DNA of 64,000 nt, taken from Planctomycetota bacterium (GTDB lineage: Bacteria > Planctomycetota > Phycisphaerae > UBA1845). The notes under the pieces are model-generated. The model was not told where the DNA came from and ran no database searches. It saw nothing but the letters and a program-made list of their open reading frames with translations. Position 1 is the stretch's first letter; the number at the start of each line of letters is the position of its first letter. Where the stretch lies: contig BOJX01000003.1 of the NCBI GenBank assembly GCA_016860685.1, positions 3,291-67,290 of the forward strand, written 5' to 3'. Below, piece after piece: positions 38,829 through 46,573 of the stretch. The position numbers and the translations under genes were made by a program.

Positions 38829-39584
38829 ATGGCCTTGCACCTAAGCACCGCGCGCCGCGGGTTCACGTTGCTGGAACTGTCAGTCGTGCTGGTTATCATC
38901 GGCCTGGTGGCGGGCGGGATACTCGTCGGCAGCGAGCTGATCGCCCTTGCCGAACTGAAGAGCGTCATGCGGCAGTTGGAGTCTTACAACACCGCGGTAA
39001 ACACGTTTCGCGTCAAGTACGGCGGGCTCCCTGGAGATTTTGTGCAAGCTGTGGAATATGGTCTGGGGGATGCGGGTTGCCCGACCGCGAACCCCTGCCC
39101 CGCGACACCGACGGGATCGTATGACTACGCGGGATGCAATGGGAACGGGAACGGGCGGCTCGATGACCTGGGCGTTGGAACCGACCTCGCGTGGTGCCCT
39201 GAGAACCTGAACTTCTGGCATCATCTGAGCCGAGCGAGCCTGATAGAAGGTTCGTACGACGGCAAAACCCTGACTGGCGGTGGCTGGGAGCCGCAGTACG
39301 GAATATCAAGCCCGGTAACCAAGCTGCGCGGGATCGGCATCTGGGTTATGCTCGATCAGTACTATCTTGGCATCCGGCAGGGGGACGGCGCCCCGCAGCT
39401 CTCGACGAAGGAGGCTGCATATCTGGATGAGAAGATGGATGACGCGCTGCCGCTGACGGGTCGCGTTCGGCTCCTGATCGGATTTGGATGCAATACAGGA
39501 AACAGCTACAACACGCGCGCCCTGCCGGGCGTGACGCCGGAACTCTGCTCGCTGAGGATATCCGGCATCCCTGGGTTCCAATGA
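38829..39584 (+). CDS. Prepilin-type protein 2
   Basis: RRG|FTLLELSVVLVIIGLVAGGILVG, FRVKYGGLPGD, GNGNG, DEKMDDALPLTG. Upstream TGGAAAC-CATT-TGTTAAC, 11 nt, TAGACT. Confidence 0.9.
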   Translation: MALHLSTARRGFTLLELSVVLVIIGLVAGGILVGSELIALAELKSVMRQLESYNTAVNTFRVKYGGLPGDFVQAVEYGLGDAGCPTANPCPATPTGSYDYAGCNGNGNGRLDDLGVGTDLAWCPENLNFWHHLSRASLIEGSYDGKTLTGGGWEPQYGISSPVTKLRGIGIWVMLDQYYLGIRQGDGAPQLSTKEAAYLDEKMDDALPLTGRVRLLIGFGCNTGNSYNTRALPGVTPELCSLRISGIPGFQ

Positions 39585-40450
39585 ATGGCGCGCTGGTCGT
39601 GATTGGGTTTGGGCCACGAGGTCCAACGAAACATGCCGCGACAACGAACGTCTGCTTTGTAAGCGGTTTCACTCTCGTCGAGCTTTCGATCGTGCTGCTT
39701 ATCATCGGATTTGTGGCAGGCGGCATACTTGTCGGCAGGGCGCTCGTGCATACGGCGGAAATCAGAAGCGTGCTGACGCAGCTCGGGCACTATGATGCTG
39801 CGGCAATGACGTTCAAGAACAAGTACGGCGGCCTGCCCGGCGATCTCGCCCAGGCTGAGGAAGCGGGGCTGGCCGAAGCGGGGTGTCCCGACGTATACGG
39901 TTACGGGGATAATGAGTGCTTCTACGCCGTGGTCCTGCGCGCCGGGTGCAGCGGAAACGGCAACGGCATGTTCGACGACGGTAACGGGGCAGCGAATTAT
40001 CTGAATTGCCCGGAGAACCTCAACTTCTGGTATCACCTGAAGCAGGCAGGGCTGCTGGACGGGCCGGCCGATGGTAAAACCGTGTCGGACATAAACCCCG
40101 TATGGGGACGGCCGATCTTCGGCGCCTCGGCACCGCTGACGCGCCTGCGCAATGTCGGTATCATGGTGGCGACCTACACACCACTGCCGCCCCGTCGTGC
40201 GAATTACTACACACTTGGTCTGTCCGATCGCTACGATATATTGCCGTCAGCGCGGACGAAGGCGCTTCGCGGCCACGAAGCATTCACGATAGACAACAAA
40301 CTGGATGACGGGCTTCCGACAACAGGCAGAGTGCTGGTCTATGTTCTATCAATGCCGCAATGCATTGCGGCCGGCCAGTACAGGATGGCTGACGAGACCA
40401 GCAACTGCGGCTTGTTTATCAATACGGCCGTGCTGGGCGGCCAGCAGTAA
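39581..40450 (+). CDS. Prepilin-type protein 3
   Basis: G|FTLVELSIVLLIIGFVAGGILVG, FKNKYGGLPGD, CPENLNFW shared with gene 2, DNKLDDGLPTTG. ATGA coupling. Confidence 0.88.
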   Translation: MNGALVVIGFGPRGPTKHAATTNVCFVSGFTLVELSIVLLIIGFVAGGILVGRALVHTAEIRSVLTQLGHYDAAAMTFKNKYGGLPGDLAQAEEAGLAEAGCPDVYGYGDNECFYAVVLRAGCSGNGNGMFDDGNGAANYLNCPENLNFWYHLKQAGLLDGPADGKTVSDINPVWGRPIFGASAPLTRLRNVGIMVATYTPLPPRRANYYTLGLSDRYDILPSARTKALRGHEAFTIDNKLDDGLPTTGRVLVYVLSMPQCIAAGQYRMADETSNCGLFINTAVLGGQQ

Positions 40451-40501
40451 TTGTCTGCCATCGACTCGGCCGCAGGGCGGCACTACGGAACGCCGATCAA
40501 G

Positions 40502-40535
40502 TCCTAACCATTTGTTAGGCGTTGCCTGGTATGAT
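40502..40535 (+). promoter_or_regulatory. Tandem-half-site promoter
   Basis: TCCTAAC-CATT-TGTTAGG, 10 nt, TATGAT. Shares AACCATTTGTTA with 38777-38788. Confidence 0.6.
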
Positions 40536-40569
40536 CGGGGAGACGATCATTGAAGGGGGGTATTGCGCC

Positions 40570-40771
40570 GATGACACAGAAGGGCAACGGCCAGTGGGTC
40601 CAGGGAATGCGCGCCGGCGCGATGACGCTGGTCGCTTTGGTTACGGGCACGCACGCGGTGTGTGCGCAAGTAATGAGTCCGGATGTGCCGGAAATTCCGG
40701 CTGGGACGGCACCCGCGGTATTGGCGGCGCTGTTGGCGCTGACGCTCTGGGTGAGGAATCGGCGGCCATGA
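40570..40771 (+). CDS. Minimal PEP-CTERM/VPEID-CTERM-like peptide
   Basis: Signal peptide (AVCA|), QVMSPD, then VPEIPAGTAPAVLAALLALTLWVRNRRP. Confidence 0.6.
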
Positions 40772-41128
40772 TAGCGCCTTCGGGAACCGGGAACCAAACG
40801 CGACAGGTTCGTTATCCGGGAAACACCCACAGGGACGTCAGCCTGCGATGTCGCAGCTGGCCATGCCGCGGAAAGGGGGGCCGGGGCAGATGCTGCCGTG
40901 ACCTGGTTTCCGTCCGAGGTGCGCTGCCGCATCAGCTCCCCCACAACCGAATGCCGGTTGGCACGTGCAAGGTCCTCTGGCGTGAATGTCGATGTCCCGC
41001 CGGCGCGCGTTGGCGCCGGCATCGAGCAGCAGTCTGGCATCGTAAGCAAGGTGCCGATAAGGGCTCATCATCCGCGCCGGTCCCCGCCCTCATCAGTTAT
41101 CGCCGCGGCCCCCGACAGGCGCGTGTGG

Positions 41129-41542
41129 CTATTGGCACGTGAGGGTGCCACTGATCACGTTGCCGCTGATCGAGATGAACGGCACCGGCGTACCTTCTCC
41201 CATGGCGTATTGACATAGAGCGTCAGCACCCTGATTGCAGAGCGCCGGCGCATAATCAGGGAAGTACAGTGAGGTCGTGAGGCTCAGGACCTCGATGCCG
41301 TTGAGAATGCCGCGGTACTGAACCCAGAATACGCCTTGCTGATCGATACTGGATTTGCAGGAAATGGAGGCGCTCGATGGAAGGACGGCAGAGGCCGCGT
41401 CGTCCGCCGCTGGCTCGGCGGCCACAGTGGTGGAACCGGACATCGTGGGCTTTCTGGCCTCCGCCTGGCTCGTCATGGAAAGAACCGCCGCTAGCGCCAC
41501 AAGGCCAGCGATGCCAGCCACTCTTATTGGTGAAGATTGCAT
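41129..41542 (-). CDS. Small secreted protein (4 Cys)
   Basis: Signal peptide ending AEA|, GGAG RBS, own boxed promoter. Confidence 0.65.
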   Translation of the reverse strand: MQSSPIRVAGIAGLVALAAVLSMTSQAEARKPTMSGSTTVAAEPAADDAASAVLPSSASISCKSSIDQQGVFWVQYRGILNGIEVLSLTTSLYFPDYAPALCNQGADALCQYAMGEGTPVPFISISGNVISGTLTCQ

Positions 41543-41625
41543 ACATTTCTCCGTTGATAGGTTGATAGAACTGGGTCGCAACGCCGGTGAGGCCAAGCGA
41601 CATGAGGCGAATCCCTCACGATCCC

Positions 41626-41670
41626 AGCCTACCATAGAAGTGTGACATATTTATGACGCTTTGATGAAGG
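41626..41670 (-). promoter_or_regulatory. Pho-box-like promoter
   Basis: CCTTCAT-CAAA-GCGTCAT-AAAT-ATGTCAC, 10 nt, TAGGCT. Confidence 0.7.
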
Positions 41671-41813
41671 TTCTGGGATGGCTGCACCGGCACAACGAGC
41701 GGCGCTTGACCGCGGAGGGGGCTTGGCCGGTCGCCCCACCGATTGGCGGCGAGCGATGAAGGCACGCGCAGCAACGGCATGGGCTACGCCGGCGCGGGTT
41801 GTGGAGGATCCGC

Positions 41814-42191
41814 TCATTTCATTCCAGCGAGGGCGCACTTGGCAAGGCACTCGGCGAAGGTAAGTCCCCGCGAAACGTCATTGCCAATCGTGCAGTACGT
41901 GTCGGTACCAAACCGGTCGGTCGAGACGTGGTAAGAGCACTGAAACTGCCCGTTGATGTACCCCCAGTGCATAACGCAGTTGCTACCGGGAATGTAGTCA
42001 AAGTTGAGGCCCTGAAACGGCACCCTGGTATCGCCGCCGCCGCAAGACAGTTCGCAACTGTAACAGTCGATGGCAGGATTGTACGACGCGTGCCCCCTAA
42101 TCAGGCTGATGGTCGCAAGGGCGGGCGTACTGGCGAGAAGAAGCATCAGCACACCAGCTACGGCAGATATCTTGAAGTGAGCGTGTTCCAT
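41814..42191 (-). CDS. Small secreted Cys-rich protein (8 Cys)
   Basis: Signal peptide ending ALA|, GAGG RBS, CxxCxxxC and CxxxC patterns. Confidence 0.7.
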   Translation of the reverse strand: MEHAHFKISAVAGVLMLLLASTPALATISLIRGHASYNPAIDCYSCELSCGGGDTRVPFQGLNFDYIPGSNCVMHWGYINGQFQCSYHVSTDRFGTDTYCTIGNDVSRGLTFAECLAKCALAGMK

Positions 42192-42209
42192 AATAGCCTA
42201 CCTCACTGC

Positions 42210-42605
42210 CTATGGCCTGGGACAAGTGAAGCTCTGGTATGGCAATGCGTTCACGAAGACCGTGACAGTTACAGAGTCTGTTACTTCCGGAACGATCTCG
42301 CCGTACTTGGTCCAGCACTCGTTGCAGTATTGCTCAGTCGTTGCCGGTGCCGTCAATGGCCCAAGGTAGGTTCCAGGCATTGGGGAATAACACGCTGCCG
42401 TTACCTTGTTCTCCAACGGAGCAGGGGTTCCGCCGGACGGATTCGAACCGAATGTGCCCGAGGGGCAGTTGAGCCCCAGCGGATTCAAGAGACAGGGCGG
42501 CTGGCCGCCGGCTGCGTGAGCGGAAAAGTGAGCGGTCGCAAGCAGCGCGACGGCTGCTGCTGTGACGGCGCGTCCGGTAAGACGGCGGTAAGTACGATGT
42601 GTCAT
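42210..42605 (-). CDS. Small secreted Cys-rich protein (6 Cys)
   Basis: Signal peptide ending AHA|, CxxC, first gene of a two-gene unit. Confidence 0.7.
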   Translation of the reverse strand: MTHRTYRRLTGRAVTAAAVALLATAHFSAHAAGGQPPCLLNPLGLNCPSGTFGSNPSGGTPAPLENKVTAACYSPMPGTYLGPLTAPATTEQYCNECWTKYGEIVPEVTDSVTVTVFVNALPYQSFTCPRP

Positions 42606-42635
42606 AGTGTCATCCTGTAGTATGTTGATGAGATC

Positions 42636-42691
42636 ATCGTAACACCGTACTGTGACTGTTGTGTGTCCGTTATGTGACATATTTGTGACAA
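42636..42691 (-). promoter_or_regulatory. Pho-box-like promoter with four half-sites
   Basis: TTGTCAC-AAAT-ATGTCAC-ATAA-CGGACAC-ACAA-CAGTCAC, 10 nt, TACGAT. Confidence 0.72.
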
Positions 42692-42866
42692 TGCGCGCGG
42701 ACTGGCTGCGATAGGCGTACTCAAGTGCCGGGGAAATCAGAATGCCAGGGCTAGGCTACTTCGGTATTCGCCATTTCGCAGCGCAAACGAGCTGCGGGCT
42801 TCAGACCGCGCCCGCAGGACCGCGACCGTACCAATCGCTGCCGGATCTTGCGCCGCAATCGTACGA

Positions 42867-43610
42867 GGGTCATGACTAGCTGAGCCTCCCGGAATCGTCC
42901 GGATAGGCTGGTTTTCCCGTGAAGAACCGCTATGTCGCCCGTTCACGAGTTTCAGAGCACGTTGTCCGCCGGTTCCTGCGGCACGTCGCCGCCGACCTCA
43001 CCGCCGTCCAGATCGCCCAGCCCACCGGCCTCAACCGCAACACCGTCAACCGCCTGCTCGCGGCCCTGCGGCTCCGCATGGCCGAGGCGTGTGAACGCGA
43101 GAAGCCCTTCCGGGGGCGGTGGAGGTTGACGAGAGCTACTTCGGACCCCGCCGCGTCAAGGGCAAGGCCGGCCGTGGCGCCAGCAAGAAGACCCCCGTCT
43201 TCGGCGTCTTCAAGCGTCACGGCAAGGTCTACACCGAGGTCGTGCCCGACTGCTCGAAAGCCACTCTCTTGCAGGCGATCCGGGGCAAAGTCTCACTCGA
43301 CAGCATCATCCACTCCGACGGCTGGGGCGGCTACGACGGCCTGGTCGACATGGGCTACAAGAAGCACCTGCGTGTCGATCATGCCAGGAACGAGTTCAGC
43401 AGCCGTCGCGTCCGCGGCAACCACATCAACGGCATCGAGGGCTTCTGGGGCTACGCCAAGACCCGCCTGGCACGCTTCCGCGGTATCCATCCCGACACCT
43501 TCCTGTTCCACCTCAAAGAGTGCGAGTTCCGCTTCAACCATCGCCGCCACGACCTCTACAAGGTCCTCCTGCTACTGTGCCGCGAACACCCGCTCAGCTA
43601 GTCATGACCC
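42867..43610 (+). mobile_element. IS1595-family (IS1016-like) insertion sequence, 744 bp
   Basis: Perfect 19-bp terminal inverted repeats GGGTCATGACTAGCTGAGC and an 8-bp target duplication TCGTACGA (42859-42866 and 43611-43618). Confidence 0.92.
42919..43601 (+). pseudogene. IS1595 transposase, frameshifted near 43111-43118
   Basis: MKNRY...LNRNTVNR...KPFRG is in one frame and VEVDESYFG...HSDGW...HINGIEGFW...ECEFRFN in another. The break is at CCGGGGGCGGTG. Confidence 0.85.
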
Positions 43611-43765
43611 TCGTACGAATAGGTATTTAGGATGGGCGCGCTTCGTCCGCGGGGGGCCATCGTCCAGTCTTCCTAGCCAGGGCGAAGGCGGTGGCCGCGA
43701 GGGAGACGCCGCTACCACCGCCCACGGCCCTCACGAATGATACGTCCCGCGTGGGTGTTGCCGGC

Positions 43766-44797
43766 CTATCGGCCACGCATGCCCGGGCCGGGAATGTCGC
43801 GGCGCAGGTCTCCCTGGGACAGGGACCGACGGCAACGCTCCAGTGCAAGGCTCTCCAGATGATGAACATAGGTCTTGGACAGCCCCAGCTTCTGGCCTAT
43901 TTCCTTGCACGTATGACACGGTCCGTTGTCGAGACCGAAACGAAGGCGTAAAACCTCACGTTCGCGGGGCTTCAGGGTGTGGAGCACGCGCCGGAGCTGC
44001 GCGGTCTCCTCGGCGGCCATCATAGAGGCCCCCGGAGGGGCTTCGCGCTTGCCGTCGGGGTGTGAATCCAGCATCCCGTCGTCGGCCGGCGCTATCAGCA
44101 TGGATCGGGAGACCGTGTTCCTCACATCCGAAGCGAGGAACGACTTGAGTCCGCCTTGGACGAAGGTGGTGAAGCAGGCATTGCGATCTGGACGGTAGCG
44201 GAAGAGCGCCCGGTCGAAGCGATCGTACGCCAGGTCCAATACATCGTCATAGTCAATGCGTGGAGTATATCGGTCGTACACGCGCTGTGCCGCGACGCGG
44301 ATGAGCCGGTCGTGTGCGAGCTTCAGGGTGCCGCCAAGCAGGCCGCCCGCGGGCGTGCGAAGTATCGCCGCATATCGGCGCTGCACGGCGTCCTTGTCCT
44401 GAAAGGCCACACCGACGGCGGAGGTAATGTCCGGCGGCGGATAGAGTGCGTGGTCGCTCTCCAACGCGATCCACTGCGTAATCAATGATGAGACAATGGC
44501 TTGGTGCAGCGGGTACATCCGCGAGTCGCCCGTATGATCGGACAGGGCGCGCGCGGCATCCTCGATTCCCTTTTTCGCGTGCCGGATGGCTTGAGGGCCG
44601 TCGGCCTGCCGGCGAACGATTGCGCCGATGCCGTCGCCGAACGCGAGGTCGTCGAGCATAGTTGCGTTGTCGGCGTTCCGGGAATACCTGCCGTGGTCGG
44701 TGTATTGATCGACGAACCGCTCCCAAAGTGGAGCAAGTTCAGCGGGACCGTGGAACGGGACGATTCTTGACCCAATCGAATCCAAGCCGCCCGTCAC
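43766..44797 (-). CDS. Sigma-70-family factor-like protein with unusual N-terminal half
   Basis: Region-2-like ALFRYRPDRNACFTTFV and region 4 LKPREREVLRLRFGL...CKEIGQKLGLS...ESLALERCR. Confidence 0.75.
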   Translation of the reverse strand: MTGGLDSIGSRIVPFHGPAELAPLWERFVDQYTDHGRYSRNADNATMLDDLAFGDGIGAIVRRQADGPQAIRHAKKGIEDAARALSDHTGDSRMYPLHQAIVSSLITQWIALESDHALYPPPDITSAVGVAFQDKDAVQRRYAAILRTPAGGLLGGTLKLAHDRLIRVAAQRVYDRYTPRIDYDDVLDLAYDRFDRALFRYRPDRNACFTTFVQGGLKSFLASDVRNTVSRSMLIAPADDGMLDSHPDGKREAPPGASMMAAEETAQLRRVLHTLKPREREVLRLRFGLDNGPCHTCKEIGQKLGLSKTYVHHLESLALERCRRSLSQGDLRRDIPGPGMRGR

Positions 44798-44861
44798 AAG
44801 TGCCTCAAGCCCAACGATGACGGGAGAACGGCACGCGAGCGGGAAGGCAGGGATGTGCGCT

Positions 44862-45071
44862 TCATCGACTTCTGCGCCGGTCGCGGTGATCGTAATTGCG
44901 GGTATTCAACTCGCGTAGAAGCGGCTGAAGAATCTGCATCACGGAGGCTGCGGCCATGACGCCCATGCAGACCATCGCGACCTTGTTGAATACAACGGCG
45001 TCGGCGGCCGGCGCGAAGCGGGCCATCTGCTGGGCCGTGCTGGCGACGTGGAAAGGACTTGGTCCGTTCAT
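44862..45071 (-). CDS. Small membrane protein upstream of the sigma-like gene
   Basis: 69 aa, GGGAGAG RBS, one hydrophobic segment, boxed promoter. Confidence 0.6.
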   Translation of the reverse strand: MNGPSPFHVASTAQQMARFAPAADAVVFNKVAMVCMGVMAAASVMQILQPLLRELNTRNYDHRDRRRSR

Positions 45072-45104
45072 GCTCTCCCCCGGGGAGTTGTGACGTATCC
45101 CCCG

Positions 45105-45138
45105 ACAGTACCACAGATGTGTTACCGTTTTATGACAA
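45105..45138 (-). promoter_or_regulatory. Pho-box-like promoter
   Basis: TTGTCAT-AAAA-CGGTAAC, 10 nt, TACTGT. Confidence 0.68.
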
Positions 45139-45186
45139 TGATGTGCGAGGCGTTGGCCTCAGCTACTGGCTGCCCGGACCCCGGGT

Positions 45187-45408
45187 CTACATGGCAAGCA
45201 GTCGGCGCACGTACGCGCGGCTGACACCGAGCACGACGGCGATCCGGGTGAGCGAGAACCCTTTGCCGGCGAGGTGGTGCGCCAGCGCGGCCTTGCGGCG
45301 TTCAACCGTGAGGGCGGCCAGAGGCGCAATCGTGCGAGCGGTCATGAATGCCAGCGTACCATGCGGATGGTTAACAACCGATAAAGACACGCCCTCACCG
45401 TTAAGCAT
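45187..45408 (-). CDS. Small HTH protein
   Basis: GFSLTRIAVVLGVSRAYVRRLL. Start uncertain. Confidence 0.45.
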   Translation of the reverse strand: MLNGEGVSLSVVNHPHGTLAFMTARTIAPLAALTVERRKAALAHHLAGKGFSLTRIAVVLGVSRAYVRRLLAM

Positions 45409-45429
45409 CGCCGATGTGTCGTGATAGGG

Positions 45430-45607
45430 TCTACCTCAACCTGATGTCAGACACTTCCGCTCTACGCCGTCAGGTTGGAGTCGCTTCAAGTATTTGTTGA
45501 CAGGTGCAGTGCGATTTCATAGACCTGATCTGACATTTCACAGGGGGGTGCGGCGGTGTCGATTGTCAAAGTGCTCTTCAGCATTCTGTCAAAGTCCTCT
45601 TCAGTAT
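45430..45607. promoter_or_regulatory. Putative res site of the resolvase
   Basis: CAACCTGA...TCAGGTTG inverted repeat and TGTCAAAGT(G/C)CTCTTCAG(C/T)AT direct repeat (45564, 45587) directly upstream of the resolvase. Confidence 0.55.
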
Positions 45608-46202
45608 GACGGTATCGGGGAAGGGGCAACGGATCGGGTACGTGCGAGTCAGTACCCTCGATCAGAACACGGAGCGACAACTCGAAGGCGTCGATCTCGA
45701 CCGCGTGTTCACGGATACCGCCTCCGGCAAAGACACGGATCGGCCGCAGCTTCAATCGCTGCTCGCCTACGCGCGCGAAGGCGACACGATCGTCGTCCAC
45801 AGCATGGACCGTCTGGCCCGCAACGTGGACGACCTTCGCCGGCTCGTCCAGGAGCAGACGAGGCGCGGCATCCGGGTCCAGTTCATCAAGGGGGACCTGC
45901 TCTTCACTGGCGAGGAGTCGGCGACGGCGAACCTGATGCTCACGGTGCTCGGCGCCTTTGCAGAGTTTGAGCGGGCGCTGATCAAGGAACGGCAGCGTGA
46001 AGGCATTGCGCTTGCGAAGCAGCGCGGCGTCTATCGCGGTCGGCGGAAGAAACTGACGCCGGAGCGCGTTGCCGAACTTCGCGCTCGTGCCGCGAAGGAA
46101 AAGAAGGCGGGACTCGCCCGCGAGTTCGGGATCAGCCGCGAGACGCTCTACCAGTACCTCCGCGAGCCGGAGAAAGCGGAGGCGGAATGCTCGACCTCCT
46201 GA
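45606..46202 (+). CDS. Tn3-family resolvase/invertase (small serine recombinase)
   Basis: IGYVRVST.DQN, SMDRLARN, AEFERALIKERQREGI, C-terminal HTH. Confidence 0.93.
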   Translation: MTVSGKGQRIGYVRVSTLDQNTERQLEGVDLDRVFTDTASGKDTDRPQLQSLLAYAREGDTIVVHSMDRLARNVDDLRRLVQEQTRRGIRVQFIKGDLLFTGEESATANLMLTVLGAFAEFERALIKERQREGIALAKQRGVYRGRRKKLTPERVAELRARAAKEKKAGLAREFGISRETLYQYLREPEKAEAECSTS

Positions 46203-46519
46203 CGATCTCGCTCGAAGCGCACAACGACGAGCGGAACCATCACCGGCGGTACGAAGTGTCCGTGGGTCGGGACCTGCTCGGGCACTGGATCGTGACCGTC
46301 CGGTACGGGCGGGTCGGCCGACCGGCGCGGGAGCTTCGGTTCGGCAGTAGGGATGTGGAAACGGCTCGCTCGATCTTCGCCGATCGGCTGCGGCGTCGGC
46401 TGTCGGCTGTGCGACGGATTGGTTGTGCGTATCGCATTCGGGAGCTGTCGGTGCCGTGCAACTCGGCGCTATCCGACTGGGTGCCTCCGCCGGTGGCGGC
46501 GGTTTTGATGGCGGGGTGA
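46187..46519 (+). CDS. WGR-domain protein
   Basis: RNHHRRYEVSVGRDLLGHWIVTVRYGRVGR. Confidence 0.75.
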   Translation: MLDLLTISLEAHNDERNHHRRYEVSVGRDLLGHWIVTVRYGRVGRPARELRFGSRDVETARSIFADRLRRRLSAVRRIGCAYRIRELSVPCNSALSDWVPPPVAAVLMAG

Positions 46520-46573
46520 TTCAGAGGGCACGATTCGTGGATGGTGCCGCATAGACCGCGGTAGAATGGAAGA

